This document shows positions 47,789-62,474 of a stretch of 64,000 nucleotides of DNA, piece by piece (the stretch's first letter is position 1; every line of letters begins with the position of its first letter). The stretch comes from Phoronis australis. Taxonomy: Eukaryota; Animalia; Phoronida. The stretch is from positions 257,288-321,287 of the forward strand of contig NMRA01000399.1 of the NCBI GenBank assembly GCA_002633005.1. The letters are read 5' to 3'. The notes under the pieces were generated by a model that was not told the origin of the DNA, made no database searches, and saw only the letters and a program-made list of their open reading frames with translations. The position numbers were made by a program, and so were the translations under genes.

Positions 47789-50700
47789 ACTACAACAATA
47801 TTAGAGGAAATGTTTCGTGAATTCTGAACACATGGTGTAATTTTGCTTCCCTAATTTTTTGAAAATGCATAACTTTCAAAAAATATAAAACTAGCATAAG
47901 TTTTACTTTTCGCATTATTTGAAGTGAAATGTTTGTTGTGCTGTTTTCGTTACAGGAAATTGTCACGCGCGGTGCGTTCATTACTGATTTAATTCAAATT
48001 TAGTCTAACATCCTAGAATTTTAATATCGTTATCAGAGGCCTTTTACAAATTTTGCTTTAAATTCTTGAACTTAACAGCGGACTTAGTTACTAAACTGTA
48101 GAATCGTCGAATGAACAGGTTGCAATCTTCTCTCAGACAACTGGCGGCAAAATCTGGAACCCTTTAAAATGGTTAAGAACTGTTTTATCCCTAGTTAGCT
48201 CTGTCAGACCTCATCAACTGAACTAATTCGCGTAAACCAATACAATGTGCTTGCTGTTTTTCTTTGATTAGTGTTTTAGACGCAAAATGTCTGGTATGAA
48301 GCATGTTGGACGGTTTCCCACAATCCTTGCTTGTCATCTGGTCCGGGCACAAGCCGCCGCCATATTTACACCGTGAATTGATTAAAGTAACAGATACCTC
48401 GCAAACGTTCCTGCGTATTTGGTCCAATGCAGCAGACGACTTTTTAAAACAACGAGTATACCGCAAGGGTCGAAGTCTTAAAGTGCAAAGCGCAAGTTCG
48501 GGAAAGTAATTGGCCTCTACAAAACACAAAGAAACAATAACCAGGTTACTATTAAAAACCTGTCCGTAATCTCAAGGAATACAGTAACCTAGCCAAGATC
48601 CATGACACTGCAAGATACTTGTCACAAGAATAGCATTGCCAAAAGATTTACCTGACTAGCAGGGCCTACTTGTTGCCTAGAGGAGTACGCGCCCTTTTGT
48701 TCACGACGGCGACCATCAGCTTTCGTAGGAAGCTTTCCAGATAGAAAATTTAATACGCCTGGAGCAAAATTAAGCATGGCGGCTAGACGTAAATGATTAA
48801 GGAACAATTGGACTAAAATGTCTCTAAATTAGACCATTATAACTTAATTTATAGGAACCCACAAACTGGTATTGGCGTGCCACCATCTAAATCTGATACA
48901 TCCTGTGACAACAAGGCTAACGCGAGTTGAAGCGATTTCAAGAACGCGCGCACCCGATGACAGAAAGAACTAAAAGAGCGATTGTCGAATTACTTGCTAC
49001 GAATCGAAAAGTCTACAAAAATGATTAATGTTTTCTGCCACGTCACTTAAGTAAAACGTTTACACGTTTTAAATCACTGACCTACAAGTTACTGAATACT
49101 ATACCGAAGTTATGTATACATATCTACATGTTATTATCGTGAGACCCTGTATAAATTCACGTCTACATTTTGCGACCCGCGATTTTCCATATGCCATGTG
49201 ATTGTTGGCAAAACAAGAAGCTATCGCGGTTAACTAAATGATAATGCGCATTTATGCGTATCATCGAGTGGTTACCCCGAAAATAAAAGGAAAAGAAAAG
49301 TTTAAAGTGACATAACCGGGGACAATGAAGCGGAAATAAAATGGGCAAGTTCAATAGTTGTTCGTGGCTTTTTCACCAAAAATACTTCTATTTTGTTACG
49401 TAAATGTGTTCCATTTTGCTTTTGTTTACGCAAGAATCTGCGAGGCCAGTGACCCTAGATTTTTCCTGTCGTTGAACCACATGACCTTCAAATACCAACT
49501 TACTGTGATTTTAGAGTTCGTGTCCACCAACGCTATACTCTAGCTTCCCCCAAAAAAGGACTGTATATTTGCGAGGTTATCTGGTTTCGTAAGCTTTTAG
49601 ACCATTTAGGAAATCGAGTTTTGTATAATTATGCCGACTGGTCGTCAGACCATTCGAAAACTTTTGAGACTCAGCGAGGGATTCAATTGGATAATTAGTC
49701 TAAGACGAGGAACATTTAAGTTATCTTTGATTAGAAGCCTTTATTGGGAATCGGTGATTTATAATAAAATTTCCAAAACATAACGGATTTTGCTGCATTA
49801 TAGCTGTGGCCAAGTCGTGCTTCATTAAAATCACAACAAATAATAATAATAAGCAAGATGTAAATGAGATGGCACGAGGTGCGAAATACTGAGAATACAA
49901 ATTTTTGAACAAAAGCTTCCGATCAGTCAGCATTTCCCAATTTCTCATTCTTATTCAAGCAAGGTATGTAGATGGAGCTGTTACAAACATGGGTTAATTT
50001 GCATATTCAAATGTGCACTAGCTCCCAAAGTGCGGCTGTAGCGTGGTCGTATTTTTTGTTTCACATCGCCTGCTTCGCTGACTGAGATTAGAATTAACAA
50101 TTCCACGTGTATCGAAAATTAAACTCAACGGAATTTCCTTTCGAGTAAAAATCTTTCCGCATTTTCTTTCCGCGGTCACAACGGCTGTTTCTTAATCACA
50201 TAAAGAACTATTTTAATGCGATCCTACTGATCAGGAAACTCGTTAGTAAAGATCGCCTGAGTAGTAGGCGTTATTGGCTCATACCACACCACTGAATATA
50301 TAAAATGTTATTTCCTTTCAGAATAATAACAGTTTAAAATGATTTAAGTTGACAGGTCACCCTGCAGGTTGTGTGTTCTTTAAGCCAAAGGCCTTTGACC
50401 TCATGTTACTTCAGCTGGTGGCTCCCTGATAAAACAAGGATTTATTTATGTGTTGATTGTGTTTACAAGTAGATACTGTGGCCGCGTAAGAGTTCGGTGC
50501 TACAGAGGCCGCTCTTGGGAGGCCGGTTTTTGTTGGCGTAGTCTACTGTGGATCTTTGCAAGTTCAAACCAAGAGTCCGACTTGAAAGCTGTGTGGTTCT
50601 ATCGTCATTCCGTCCACCCACGCGTCCATGCCTTTTCGTTTGTCTTAGTTGACCTTTTTGGCATGTACACTGTACTTCGTTACAGTTAGTGAATTGTATG

Positions 50701-53519
50701 ATGTCTGTCATCCACGCACCTGTTGGCTGGAAATGTAGGTGTATGTTCTCAGTTTTCATTGGTTGGTTTCACTCTGTCTTGGATGGCGGTCTTCACACAC
50801 TTCAATGTAATGTGTCGCCTCCATATTCCTGCAAGGCTTTCTTCGATTTCCCTGATTGGCTAACCTGGCGGCCTGGTTGAATTTTGTTTCCGAACATCTT
50901 TTGTCTTCTGGTTGGTTGTGTCTTGAAGTGCCTTTACGGATAATGTAACGTTACTACCAACCCCTATTGGTGTGATAGCCTCGCTCACCTTGGAATTTCA
51001 CCTGTATGCTTTATCCCTCCAGAACCGTGCTCACGCATGCGCAGGTGCTCTCAAATTTCCACAAGGGAACATGTTAACGACTAAAAATCTTTAAGTTGTT
51101 TTCACGGTCCTAGCCGCAGAACATTCGATGGACTTAGTTGATGTTAAAGACGACAGTGAAGCAGACGACAGTCGGCCCTCATCTTGCAACACGATATTAC
51201 CTAACCGCGTTCTGTTTATTTGATCTTAAAATCACCATATACAGTAAAGAAATGAACTTTTGTCTCAGGCCATTTACTGCAATAAAACTCGTTTTGTTTC
51301 TTTCTCAAATGAGAATTGCGGGTTAGTGGTCTTGGAATGAGTTTGTTTTCCCGTCAAAAATGACCCGCTGTTACAAGTCGAATTACTAACCATGCTCTGG
51401 CCCAATAACAAAACTTTCAATTCTTTTTTCCAATCCGTCAAAATTGAATGAGCGACCAATAAGTAAGTGATCTTAGTCAAAACTTTTTTTTTTTCATTCG
51501 TACGTGGCTTTATACAGTCCTAACTTTGTGACGAGCGTCTGTGGTTTGTGTGATGAGCGTCTGTGGTTTGTGTGATGGTGCTTTCTCCAACTCAAATATT
51601 TCTTTTTTGAATATTCCTTTCGTGAGCTCACATCTGGCTAATTTAACGCGATGTATACACTAAGTAATAAAAAGATCAGACTGTTTGGAATGCGAGTTTT
51701 GACCCCTGAGTCTAACCCCTGCGTAGCACAGGAACCAGCCAATGTCCTTAAACCACCGGGCGCTCTAATTGGTGCATAGGCTTCAATAAGGTTCTCTATT
51801 GGTTTTTAAAAATGTCGACAGCGCCTAGGACATCCAAAATTAAACCACAAACTTGGAACACCTGATCATGTCCCCTGTACCACATTAAACGTGTTTCTCT
51901 TAATATTATTGGTAGTCAGCCGCTTGTAGATTCGTTTAGCTGTTAAAATAAAAACACATGCCCTGTCTATGGTGTTAAATTCAATTTCATGTGAGGAAGT
52001 CGATCCTTGCCACTTGACACCTCATGCACCATGGTGGTCTCTTGTACTTTGGATTAATTACGTTTCCATAGACACAGTTCTTAAGTGATGGGCGATCTTT
52101 GATGTCTCCCCGTTTCTAACTGTCTTGTCGAGGAGGTTTTTGGGAACATTTCTGCTGAATTATTATCTTTGTATTGTTTTCAATACAAGTTTTACTTACT
52201 TCGTCCAAAGCTGTTGCAGCGAAGTGCGTGTTTTACACGAGATGTAAAGCTGAACATTTCACTAATTGGACTCACACAATCTACATTAGATGGAAAGTCA
52301 TTGGTTACACTCTTTAAACAAACACTCCTGTAACAGATAAGTAGTCCGAAGCCTGTAGCTCAAAAACCATGTAGGCTGGTCTCAGAGTTCATGGATGGAC
52401 TATTCTACAAACGCTCAAACCTAGCGTGTCTTACAACTGATTCGCCACAACGATATACCGTGAATTTCGTACCAGCCGATCGAGCGCCATAGCGAAGTCT
52501 AACAAGATTCAATTTGACACCGTTTTTATCAATTAGTCATCGGTATTTTGCCTGCTTCCTTTGAACCGTAAGGCTATTTTTGCGAGTTTAGCGAGATCAC
52601 ACCAATCTGCGAGATATTGCCACGCATTACCAGCAAATCACGTGCTCTCACTAGTTTACGCTCGGCAGTACTTTACGTTACAGAACGGGCCCATGAATTG
52701 TAAGCGTAACCACTGATAGCAGGCTGGAATGGAGGATTGATATATTCCATAGAGACGGGAACTTAAAAAGGCATGTAGGCCTACTCCATTACAACTAGAG
52801 AAACGAATATAGCCACATTTCATATGCTGTCAATAATCGAACAATACTGCCAAAATTTACCTTCCTGGTTTCCAGAACATATTTTTGGCCAGTAAATACT
52901 GATGGATGCTACCAATAGTTTAAGACTTTGAGTCCCCTCAAGCCATCTCAGTTAAATGTAGAGTAGCAGATGTCAGGCAGGTAATTTAAGAATGATTCTC
53001 GGCTAGTGAAATATCCGTGGGAAAAGTTCAACATTAGTTGATTATGGTGTCAATTGTGTCTAAATGAGACCAGCAGTAGGTTTATATATTAACATGGATC
53101 GTTTTACGACGAATTGAACAACTGAACTGCGCATGCCTAAAATAACGTTTTGCGGACATACGGCGCAAATGAAGTATGAAATTTTTTGTCTCAAGTATCG
53201 ATTTTTGGATGCGGAATTAAAACTTTTGACTTTATGCAGACACATCCGGGTTGAGTTCTGCTGACGCAAACTAATCAATGAAACGAAAGATCTCACAAGT
53301 CTTCGAAAGTCGCCATGCGTTACAAGCAAAGCACGTGATGACTCTAGCTACAGTTTACTCTCGCTAAAAGTGGTTCCCTAGCCAACGTCAGATGGCGTGA
53401 GAGCTACCTGTTTAAGCTGGGAAACACAATTCGATTCTGCAACACTCGTTACAGGGGCAACGTTTAGTAATCGAGAGCGTTTAAGTATATTCAAGTTCTA
53501 CGTAACAACTCAAACGCCT

Positions 53520-55110
53520 GGCAATGACCTAGCGCATTCTGTCAAAACCGAACTTTTGATTTTCACTTCCTACAGTTATGAATTCGTTTTCATATTGATG
53601 CTTACTCAGATTTGGTTTCGAGGCTTGACTAAAAGGATGTCTGTAATTTCTTCAGACCACGCCCGTTAAGTTCCTTGTCACGGCGGTTTAGTTTCACTGC
53701 AAACGCAACACTGGGAATCCCAGACGATTTATTGTAACAAATTTCAATCCAAACAAAAGATAAGACGCCTGTGGATGGAGTTGATGTTCATGGTCTATAA
53801 CGGTTTTAAAATAACACAACCGACGGGAAAGGTGTTTTTTGAGATCAGCCTCAACAGCGTTTTGAACTCGCGATCTCAGCGTTCACAGTCCGGCGTTTTC
53901 CTGATGGACCTAAAGCGTACTCCGTGAATAGCCGAGGATGCTGAGCGTACGTAACTGATAGTCACCGGCATAGATCACAGCGAATGACAGATAGCCAACG
54001 GTGACGATTTGTAATAAAACCACAAAAACGCAATAGATTTTGCTCGCTGGTTCCCTGCGTGCTTAGCCCAGCCAGCACGCAGGTATCACGCAGTGGCACG
54101 CGCTTTAGCATTGGTCGATGTAATCTTGGCAGTCATTGGTTAGCTTTACAACACCGTGAAAAATGGCGGAATGTGAACGATTTTTAGCCTTGTCCTGCAA
54201 GTGGCGTCGCAGCAACTATTTCGTTTCTGCAGTGATGTTTAATAGCCGCGTGCTTGAAGCACATACATGCACAATAAACACATATTATGTGGCCGATTTA
54301 ACTGGTGTGTTATTCATACTGTATAAGGACACTATCGTAAACAAAAGTCATCGACAGTAGAAAGATGCATTCCAAAAAAGCTCAATCACAATTTCTAGGC
54401 TTCACATTTCCTGAACATAATTTTAAGCACCGATTTGTCTGTACAACAGACCACATTTACACTTCAGTCCATCAGTCATGCCAGTTTGTTTGCGCAAAGC
54501 GCTGCCTGTTGAGAATTCGACTAGCCAATCAGAAACGCCGGTGTAAAAAAATTTACCGAGGAAAATTAAGTGATACCTGCGTGCTGACGCGGCTACCGCC
54601 CCACCTAGCGGCACGCAGGGAACCAGCGAGTAGATTTTGTTGTTTTGTAGATCTGGTCAAGGGAAATAACTTCAAGAGGTCTACACAACAATAATCCCAA
54701 AAAGCCCTAAAAGCGATTATATCTCTTTAATACTCAAACAAGCGTTGACAAATTGTAATTTAAGTCTAACGCGGCTGTGGTCAAATGTTTTGGCCGCTGG
54801 AGACGGAGATCACGAGTTCATCCAACGTGTCACTCGGTTGTGTGTTGCTTGAAAAGTCCATTATGGATATAATTATTAAAACCGAGCTACCCCTTTATTT
54901 TTGTTGGGAGCCGATTTTTGCACTCTAAATTTGTCTCTTTCAACTTTGCCTGACTTGCAAATAAAACAACGCCATAACAGTAACGGACGGGATCGCTGGC
55001 ATTTCAGCTTTCATTGAAGGCTTGGTGTTCTCGGATGAGTTACGCTATTTGTAGAAGCTTCTGCACATTAAGACTTTTATGTACAAAATTCAATTGACCT
55101 AGGTTAAGGA
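53520..55110. repeat. Large diverged inverted repeat (foldback element) in collagen intron 1
   Basis: Perfect inverted blocks 54043-54062/54611-54630 and 54073-54088/54571-54586, near-perfect 53863-53877/54806-54820. Outer limits approximate. Confidence 0.7.
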
Positions 55111-57652
55111 TGTGTATAATCTTGAATCTCATAGAGATCTGTTTCTTTCACGTTACTGTGTCCTTATGGTAACCCCCCTGTTGGCTTCGGCCTGGTCTGT
55201 GTTAGGCTAATTAGGTACAATATTATTCTTGATTCAGAAATTGGCTCAGAAATTATTTGGCAATACAACGAGCAACACATGGAACAGTTTGCAAAATTTG
55301 TTTCCAATCAGCCAGGACATGTCTGCTTGACTGGTCCGACTCAATGGAGGTTACAGGCAAGACGTTTTGCCTATTAACAACAGTGTGCCAGTGTTTGTTG
55401 ACATTCAGTTACCAACTGTTCTAAGGTTAACCACGATGGCACTTGGACTACTTAGAGGAATTAATGTCCAGAAACTCTGTTCAACCACGCCAAATCCCCT
55501 GTCCTCCAATCAGTCAGTCACTGCATAGAAGAGGCCTGTCTTGCTAAACGTCCAACGACGACATAATTTTGAAAATTTCTACGAAAAACCTGGTATATAA
55601 GACTGTTGGTTTATAGGTGAAATATTGCATTTTGGGGACGCTAACGATGCAGCACCCTTGAATACAAGCTCATGCTTCTATGTTCGAATATGAGGCTACG
55701 CCGTTTCTTTAAATTGTTAGACCAGTCTTCATTTTCTCGAGCGTTCTGCCGGTCAGCCATGACCTAAATGTTAACAATTGTCAAAACCGATAAAATACTT
55801 TATTGGCTGGATTAAATCATTCCATGATGATACTGAATGAATGATAGAAAAATAAGCAAACTCCAGCTGTGAATTCATACGTTCAGGCAAGAATGTGGAC
55901 GATCTGGTATAAAATTGGACCGATTATAAGGCCCTAATCGAATATATAAGGTTTTAGTTTAATTGACTCGCTTCCATAGATTTTTGCGGGACCTTATCAG
56001 CCAGGTTACCCAGTCCCCGGATGTTTTTGAGATATTGTGGTGGGGGGCTTGATGCTCCTGTACACGAAGATGAGACAACCTTGAAAGTTAGCTGAGCGCA
56101 TTGCTTACGTCACGACATTTTAATGTTAAAGCAATTGAATGAAAAATACGGGTTTGTTTATTTAGTTGTTGTTGTACTTGCAGACCTTCGCGTGAGCAAT
56201 GTAGCAGATGAGCTCATATCGCACTGTCTGCACACCTCGTTAGCGTTACTCGCTCGCCATCCAGCGGACATGTTATGTTACTATTCGTAATACTTGTCAG
56301 TCGACGCAGGGTCGTGATATATGTCCTTGTTACTACAACCCATACAACTGTCTTGATGTTTTTACGTAATACGTTTGTGGAATCTTCGGTTTCTTAACTC
56401 TTGGAAGTTGATAGCTGGGCAAAGTGGGACGACAGTGAACTCGAAAGGACCACGTGACTCGGAAATTTAGCCAGTGGTATAGTCCTACAAAAAATGGCGG
56501 AGGTCGCCTAGACAAGATGAAGAAAAATTGATTGAATACTCAGGGATTGTTTTACAAAAAAGTGCCCATGGGTCATTTGACCCACAGGGCCTCAAATTTA
56601 TGGACCAATTTATGGACCAATTTATGGACCAATTTTCTACTTTCTGTGCTTTTTCTATTCCATGTAGGGAGGACATTTTAATATATAGGATTTTGTTCGC
56701 TACCCCGGCCAAGAGATTGGTCTAAACGAGAAAATCTAACAAAATTCAGAGCAAATTTTGGCGGAATATGAATGTTTGATGAGGGGATGCCACTTTATAA
56801 ATGTAACAGTAGACGGAGATCACCGGATATAACCGAGCGTAGAGTGAACACAGCCGTTCAGTATTGAGACTGCATTGTATTGTGATGGACCCATAACGAG
56901 CCATTAGACGCGATGCTGAGCCATGCTGAGCTAATTTTCTTCAGCTTTTAACCCCTTGGTCAAATTCGTTACGTGCCACGTGCTGCTTATTTCCTGTCAG
57001 AAGTAATTCATTTCACCCATGTCTAACTGAAAATTAGACGTTTCCGCCTCAGATTGTCTTTCCTTGTTACGACATACCCAAACTCTTTTAGTCTGGCTCG
57101 GTTCTTTCAAAGGAATTGTGCTTCTTCTTCTTGGCGGATATCTCCTCTTTGATATGATCCCAAAGAAATCCCGCATTCTTCAGTTCATTAAATATTGTTT
57201 ATTTGACTTTGCATAACAAGAAAGTTCACGCTGCAAGGTCACGAAAAATCGCTGCGTGCCGACTGGGTCAAAGATCGCCATAACTCACGTTTGACCCCAT
57301 GTCCCCAAGGGTCGATGACGTAGCATAGCTATCAGCACATGTGTGGTGACATATTCAATTTTACACCGATAACTTCAGTGCAATTGACCATGTTAGACAT
57401 ACGAAGAAAATAATGACTTCATGTGCAATAACTTCAACACCAGGGACTGTGTTCCTGATGCATAGATGCAAGAATATCGTTATGGAAGCTAAGTGTGATC
57501 ATAGTATATGGCGTTATCTCGCGAAGTCTTGCGAGATCTAGCGATTTCTCGAGGTATTCATGTCTACGGAACGTGCGCCCGCTCTTCATTTGAAATTATA
57601 CGCCTTACTCATGAAATTGACTAAAGTCAAAACTACTCGTTTTTCATTTCAG

Positions 57653-57826
57653 GTTCCGCCGATTTGCTCACCTCACTAAATATGTTACTAGATCCGCTTG
57701 GGGTCGACCCTTGTCAAGGATTTTGTAAAAATAGAGGATCAAACGGCGAGGACGATCTAGCTTTCTGCATAGAAGCAGACTCCCAGCTGAGTGTACCTAC
57801 GTACGAACTGTACGGGGCTGACGGAG
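57653..57826 (+). CDS. Collagen V/XI-like exon 2, TSPN start (GSADLLTSL...GFCKNR...QLSVPTYELY)
   Basis: tttcag| and G|gtaagt. Resembles COL11A1/COL5A1 'GFC.NR...QLSAPTKQL'. Confidence 0.92.
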
Positions 57827-60800
57827 GTAAGTGTTCATTACAGGGGCAGATCCAGGGTTATGACCAGACAGGGGTCTATGATCAAACGTAAGAAGGATTT
57901 CCTAATTCTCCGTTAGAACAATATCAAATTGGCCGAGTAGTGAGTGTGGGTGGCATACTAGCCTGCTGCTACCGGTACCGTGCACGGAGGAGAGGTATAG
58001 GGAACCGCAAGCTGTATGAGAAAAAAAAACGACACATTTGGCCAGGAATGAAGACGAGACAGAGGATGGGAAAGGCAGTCTTTTTGCGGATAGGGAGTGG
58101 CGTCATTATGACGAAGGGTTGTGGGATAACGCTCATGCTGAGCTACGCTAACACCAGGGAAATATCTCATGAAAAGTGACTTTAGACTTAGACGAAAATT
58201 TGGTATGACGCTTCCACTTGACAATTACTGGACAGAGTTTTAGGCAAGTGTTTATCGAGGAGGACGTGGAAGATATTAGTTATTAAACGAAAGAAGTTAT
58301 TACTTAGGCCCACAAATAATCCACGAGAGCCTAGCCCCGAACGAGGTAACTTGACTATATCTGTGGCGAGTTGTGCTACTGGCGAAATAAGATATCCCGC
58401 TCATTTGTAGAGTAGGGTCGAAAAAGATACTCGTTTCCAGGGAGCTTTCATAAAAATGTCCCCTTTCGTATGAATTCATGCCAAAAATACTACCTTTGGT
58501 GCGTATTCCTAGACAGCTAAATTATTAACACATTAAACCTGAAGCGATGCAAGAGCAAGAGTCACATTCACAAAAATGAGTTCTTCTTTTGAAACAAAAG
58601 ATTTGGAAATATAGATAATAATAAAAATGTTTCTGTAAATTTATGAAATTAGAAAAATGAATTTTTTGGAGTTTCGAACTTCAAAAAATGAATCCTTTTG
58701 TTGGATATTTTTTCAGAAAAGGCACCCTTTCGTGGAGAGCTTGGTTGTGAAAAATCATCCTCAGAACGACGTGTCCCGTACATCCTGTGGCATGATTATA
58801 AACAATGAACACAGTGACAAATTTGACCTAAATACAAAGTGTTCCGAAATCGTGAACCAGTATTTTATCTTAACATGTCGGAAACACGCGACCTTATTCA
58901 TTACTATGACAAAACGCTTGTAATCTTTAATATTAGAGAAGCAAACTGAACCGAGCATGATGTCATTATCCAAATTGTACGTGAATAACCGGGTTATACT
59001 GGGTCAACTTACGTTTGATTCACGAGACGCATGCGCAGTCTGTGTTTGGAACCAGCCTCCCGTTCATGCGCTAGGACCTCGCTAAAAAGCAAGATTTCGC
59101 GAGATTATGTGAGATATTGCCGTGTATTTTAAATAAGAACACGTGGCCTTGACTAGATTTTATCTAGGTCCTACTGTAGGTCCTAGCGTCTACTGAACGC
59201 ACGCCAGCATCCCGAACATTACTTTCAACAGCTTGAAAGTGTGCGTACCCGTAGGTTGTGGGCGGAGTTTCTTCTCAGCTGGTGTAGGTATAAGAGGACC
59301 AATCAAATCCTGCGACACTTTCTGACTGGCGTTGAATTTATAGGACATTAAAATCAGGTTTCTCCGACGACTGAACATTGCTTTTATTTACACGACCTGC
59401 TGTGACTTGTGTAGGCGTGGGTGTTTCTTGTCCGGTGACATTTCCCTCGACACATGATCAGGGTTTTGTGGGTGAATTGATTGCAAAACCTGGCATCGTG
59501 TCTAGACGACAGTATAGTCGATAGGAAAACTAAAAACTAATATTTTCGAATAAGCAGCTCACGGAGATCGGATGATTAACAGTGACCGTATTTACATTAC
59601 TTTATTGTTATTTCGTTGATGTTTGAAATTTAAAGTAATATTTTCGTGACAGAAATGACAAAAGTACTAGCAATTTTGAAAAAGAATAACATCTTTTTAC
59701 TCAAAGTCGCTATTATTCGTTTCTCCGTGCCACATACAATTTACCCTTAGGCTACCTGCTTACTTAACTACATATCTAGTACGTACCTGTAACTCTCTGC
59801 CTACTCAATTATCTACCTGTCGATCTGACTATTTTTCATATTAAAATTTAACATAAGACTTCAATGAAATGCCCAGATCTATCCTGTCCTACTGGACTTA
59901 AACGCAAACTTTCAACAAAACGTTAAAAAATTTCGTTTGAAAACGAAAAATACCCATCACATCAAGGAATCACGTGACAACATTATCGCAAAATGTCTTC
60001 GTGTCACTTTAAACTCAAGTTATTCACTTTAGTCTGGTAACAAAACAGCAAATACATGTTGTAAAACGTTTCCATGGAGACCTTTGTCGATTAAACGCTA
60101 TTATTTAGAGGGCGGTCCTAAAAGAGACCTATTTCCACTTGATCCCAAATTCTTTTGTTGAGTTTTATTTTCCGAAAAAGTCTGCTTGTGCCACAAAGGC
60201 AATACTGTTCAGTATAAAGTCCAATTTAATCCATCAAAAGAATTTCCTAAGACTATTGTATACACGGCTATTTGAGAAATAGGGAAAACAGTTGTAAAGC
60301 CCAAATTTAGGATCGAGTAGTGAATAATTTAGGGCATATGTTGGATTACTCTTCAGGTTTGTTCTAAATATAGCAAATGACCGTCTTACTGAAAAATATA
60401 TTTTCAATAAGGCACACGACTTCCTTTTGCTTAATATTTAAAAGATAACAAAATTGTCCAGGTTATAGATATACAACATTGAGTCATTTTCTCACAAAAT
60501 GTACATAGTCTTTCCTCAAAGCTGCAATAATCCCGCCTTCCAATAAAGAAACAAAGTCATAGCTATGAAGCATCCCGCCTTCCAATAAAGAAACAAAGTT
60601 ATAGCTATGAAGCTGGTCTCAACTTGTCAGTTGGGAAGAGTGTATGAGGTTGGCAAGGACTGTCACATCGTTGAGACCATGTTCAATGCATAACGTGACC
60701 TCCCGTGTCAAACTTGTTGAGTCTGCATTCAACCAATCAGTTCTTTCCAAGCCTCATATTGAGTAAGGAACAGTTTGGGATCAATTCCATTAGTGTATAA

Positions 60801-60914
60801 GGTTTATCTCAATTTCAACCTTAAATAACAACTTTAATCAATTCTTAATGATTTAGTGTCCCATAAAGAGGATGTCGTTTAATGTACTTTTAACTCAGTT
60901 AGATTCTATTCCAG

Positions 60915-61140
60915 GACCTAAAGAATTCCCATTAGATTTCTCAATTATTACTACAATACGGCCAAAAAAGGACAACGAAGCTTATTTGTTCACTGTTTAC
61001 GACGGAAGTACTGAACACACTCAACAAACGATGGCGCTGCATATCGGCAAGAGATCGATTGAGCTGATGTACAACGACACAAAGGGATTCCCAGGCAAGG
61101 GTTATTACCCGCGCTGGGAAGTGACTGTGAACGACGGCGA
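60915..61140 (+). CDS. Collagen V/XI-like exon 3 (FPLDFSIITTIRPKK...YYPRWEVTVNDGE)
   Basis: ttccag| and GA|gtaagt. TSPN/LamG 'FPxDFSI' motif. An alternative acceptor at 60903 is possible. Confidence 0.92.
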
Positions 61141-61175
61141 GTAAGTTGGAATGACATCAGTTCTGGCGTGCGCCT

Positions 61176-61295
61176 CGTAGACGCGAGAATCTCTCGAAAA
61201 CGCAAAATAACGCAAAACTTCGCGAGATATCGCCAAGTATTACAAGCGGAGCACGTTATCACAATAGATTCATTCGCGAGAGTCTTGCGTCTACG
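61176..61295. mobile_element. About 120-bp MITE, best-preserved member of a family dispersed through the collagen locus
   Basis: CGTAGACGCGAGAATCTCTCGAA ... TTCGCGAGAGTCTTGCGTCTACG inverted ends. Confidence 0.7.
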
Positions 61296-61948
61296 GAACT
61301 TGATTCGTCCCTGCTATAAATAGTTTCGATTTGCAATTATCCTAAAATAAAATGAAAATATTTTTTTGTGAAAAGGGCAATCTTGCGGAATCAAAAACTT
61401 GCGCCAAAACAATGCTAAGTGATGAAGGTGTATAATTGTGTTTTCCGCTGTTTATAAAATAAGCCTTTGCATCATCCTTACAGTTTTGGTAAAACTTGAG
61501 ACTTGTGAACTGACCTAACGTCTTCCAGCTATTGTGTCAACTAATTATGATATATTTAGTTAAACCGTACGACTGTCAGCGCTTATTTAAGCTTCAATTA
61601 TGCTATAATTAGTTAAACAGTACGACTGTCAACGCTTATTTAAGCTTCTATTTTAGTAAAATGCACTCTTTGTTCAGATTTGTATGTGGCGGGGATTCAC
61701 GTTTGGAGGCGGGGCGAAATGACGAATTTGCCCAGAGATTTTACTCACTTTTTTCCGAATCTGGGGTGGTTAATTCTCTCCCCCCACAGCTCTCTCATGT
61801 GCAATTATAGCAAATTTGTGGCATGGTGGCCCCTCGTGCGACAGGTTGCTCTTCCCTTAGGAGTATTATTTAAATCACTACGTCATCGACAGGAGCACAT
61901 ACAAAATTTTGTTTCCTGGCACTGCTGATCGTGTTTGGTCTGTTCTAG

Positions 61949-62111
61949 GTGGCACAGAATTGCCATCAGTGTCAAAGGAGATACGGCAACTTTGGTACTG
62001 GATTGTAAACGAAATGAAACCTTGCCATTCCTACGGACAATAGACGAACGTATCAACAACGAGGGAGTTATATTTGTAGGCAGGAATTTACTCAGCGAAT
62101 TATCGTTCGAG
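61949..62111 (+). CDS. Collagen V/XI-like exon 4 (WHRIAISVKGDTATLVLDC...FE)
   Basis: ttctag| and GAG|gtaaga. LamG 'DGxWHRxAISV...DC' motif. Confidence 0.93.
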
Positions 62112-62474
62112 GTAAGATGGAGAAAATGTGTTAATCTGATTTTGTTAACAACAAAAATTACTGGTGACACCTTTTCGGGCGGTAGATTTCTTATTACAGA
62201 ATGACTTAGCCACGTGACTAACTTTCCTGTTTATTCCCATTTATTCTTGGTCTACTCTGACGTTGAATTCGACGGTAATGGTGTTGTAGGTTAAGAAAGA
62301 CTCACTTCGTTAATTCGAAGTAAAAATGTTGACCTATGTGACCACAGAAAAAACCATAGAAAATGTGTCTTAAATGAGTTTAATTCACGACTCGATTTTT
62401 GATTCCATTGCAAAATTAAATGGAAATATTTCACATTCGCCGTCGTGCATATTACTTGAAAAATGCTCAATATA

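Noticed and set aside
51685-51770. Minus-strand tRNA-like relic
   Set aside because: The A and B boxes are too degenerate to support a call.
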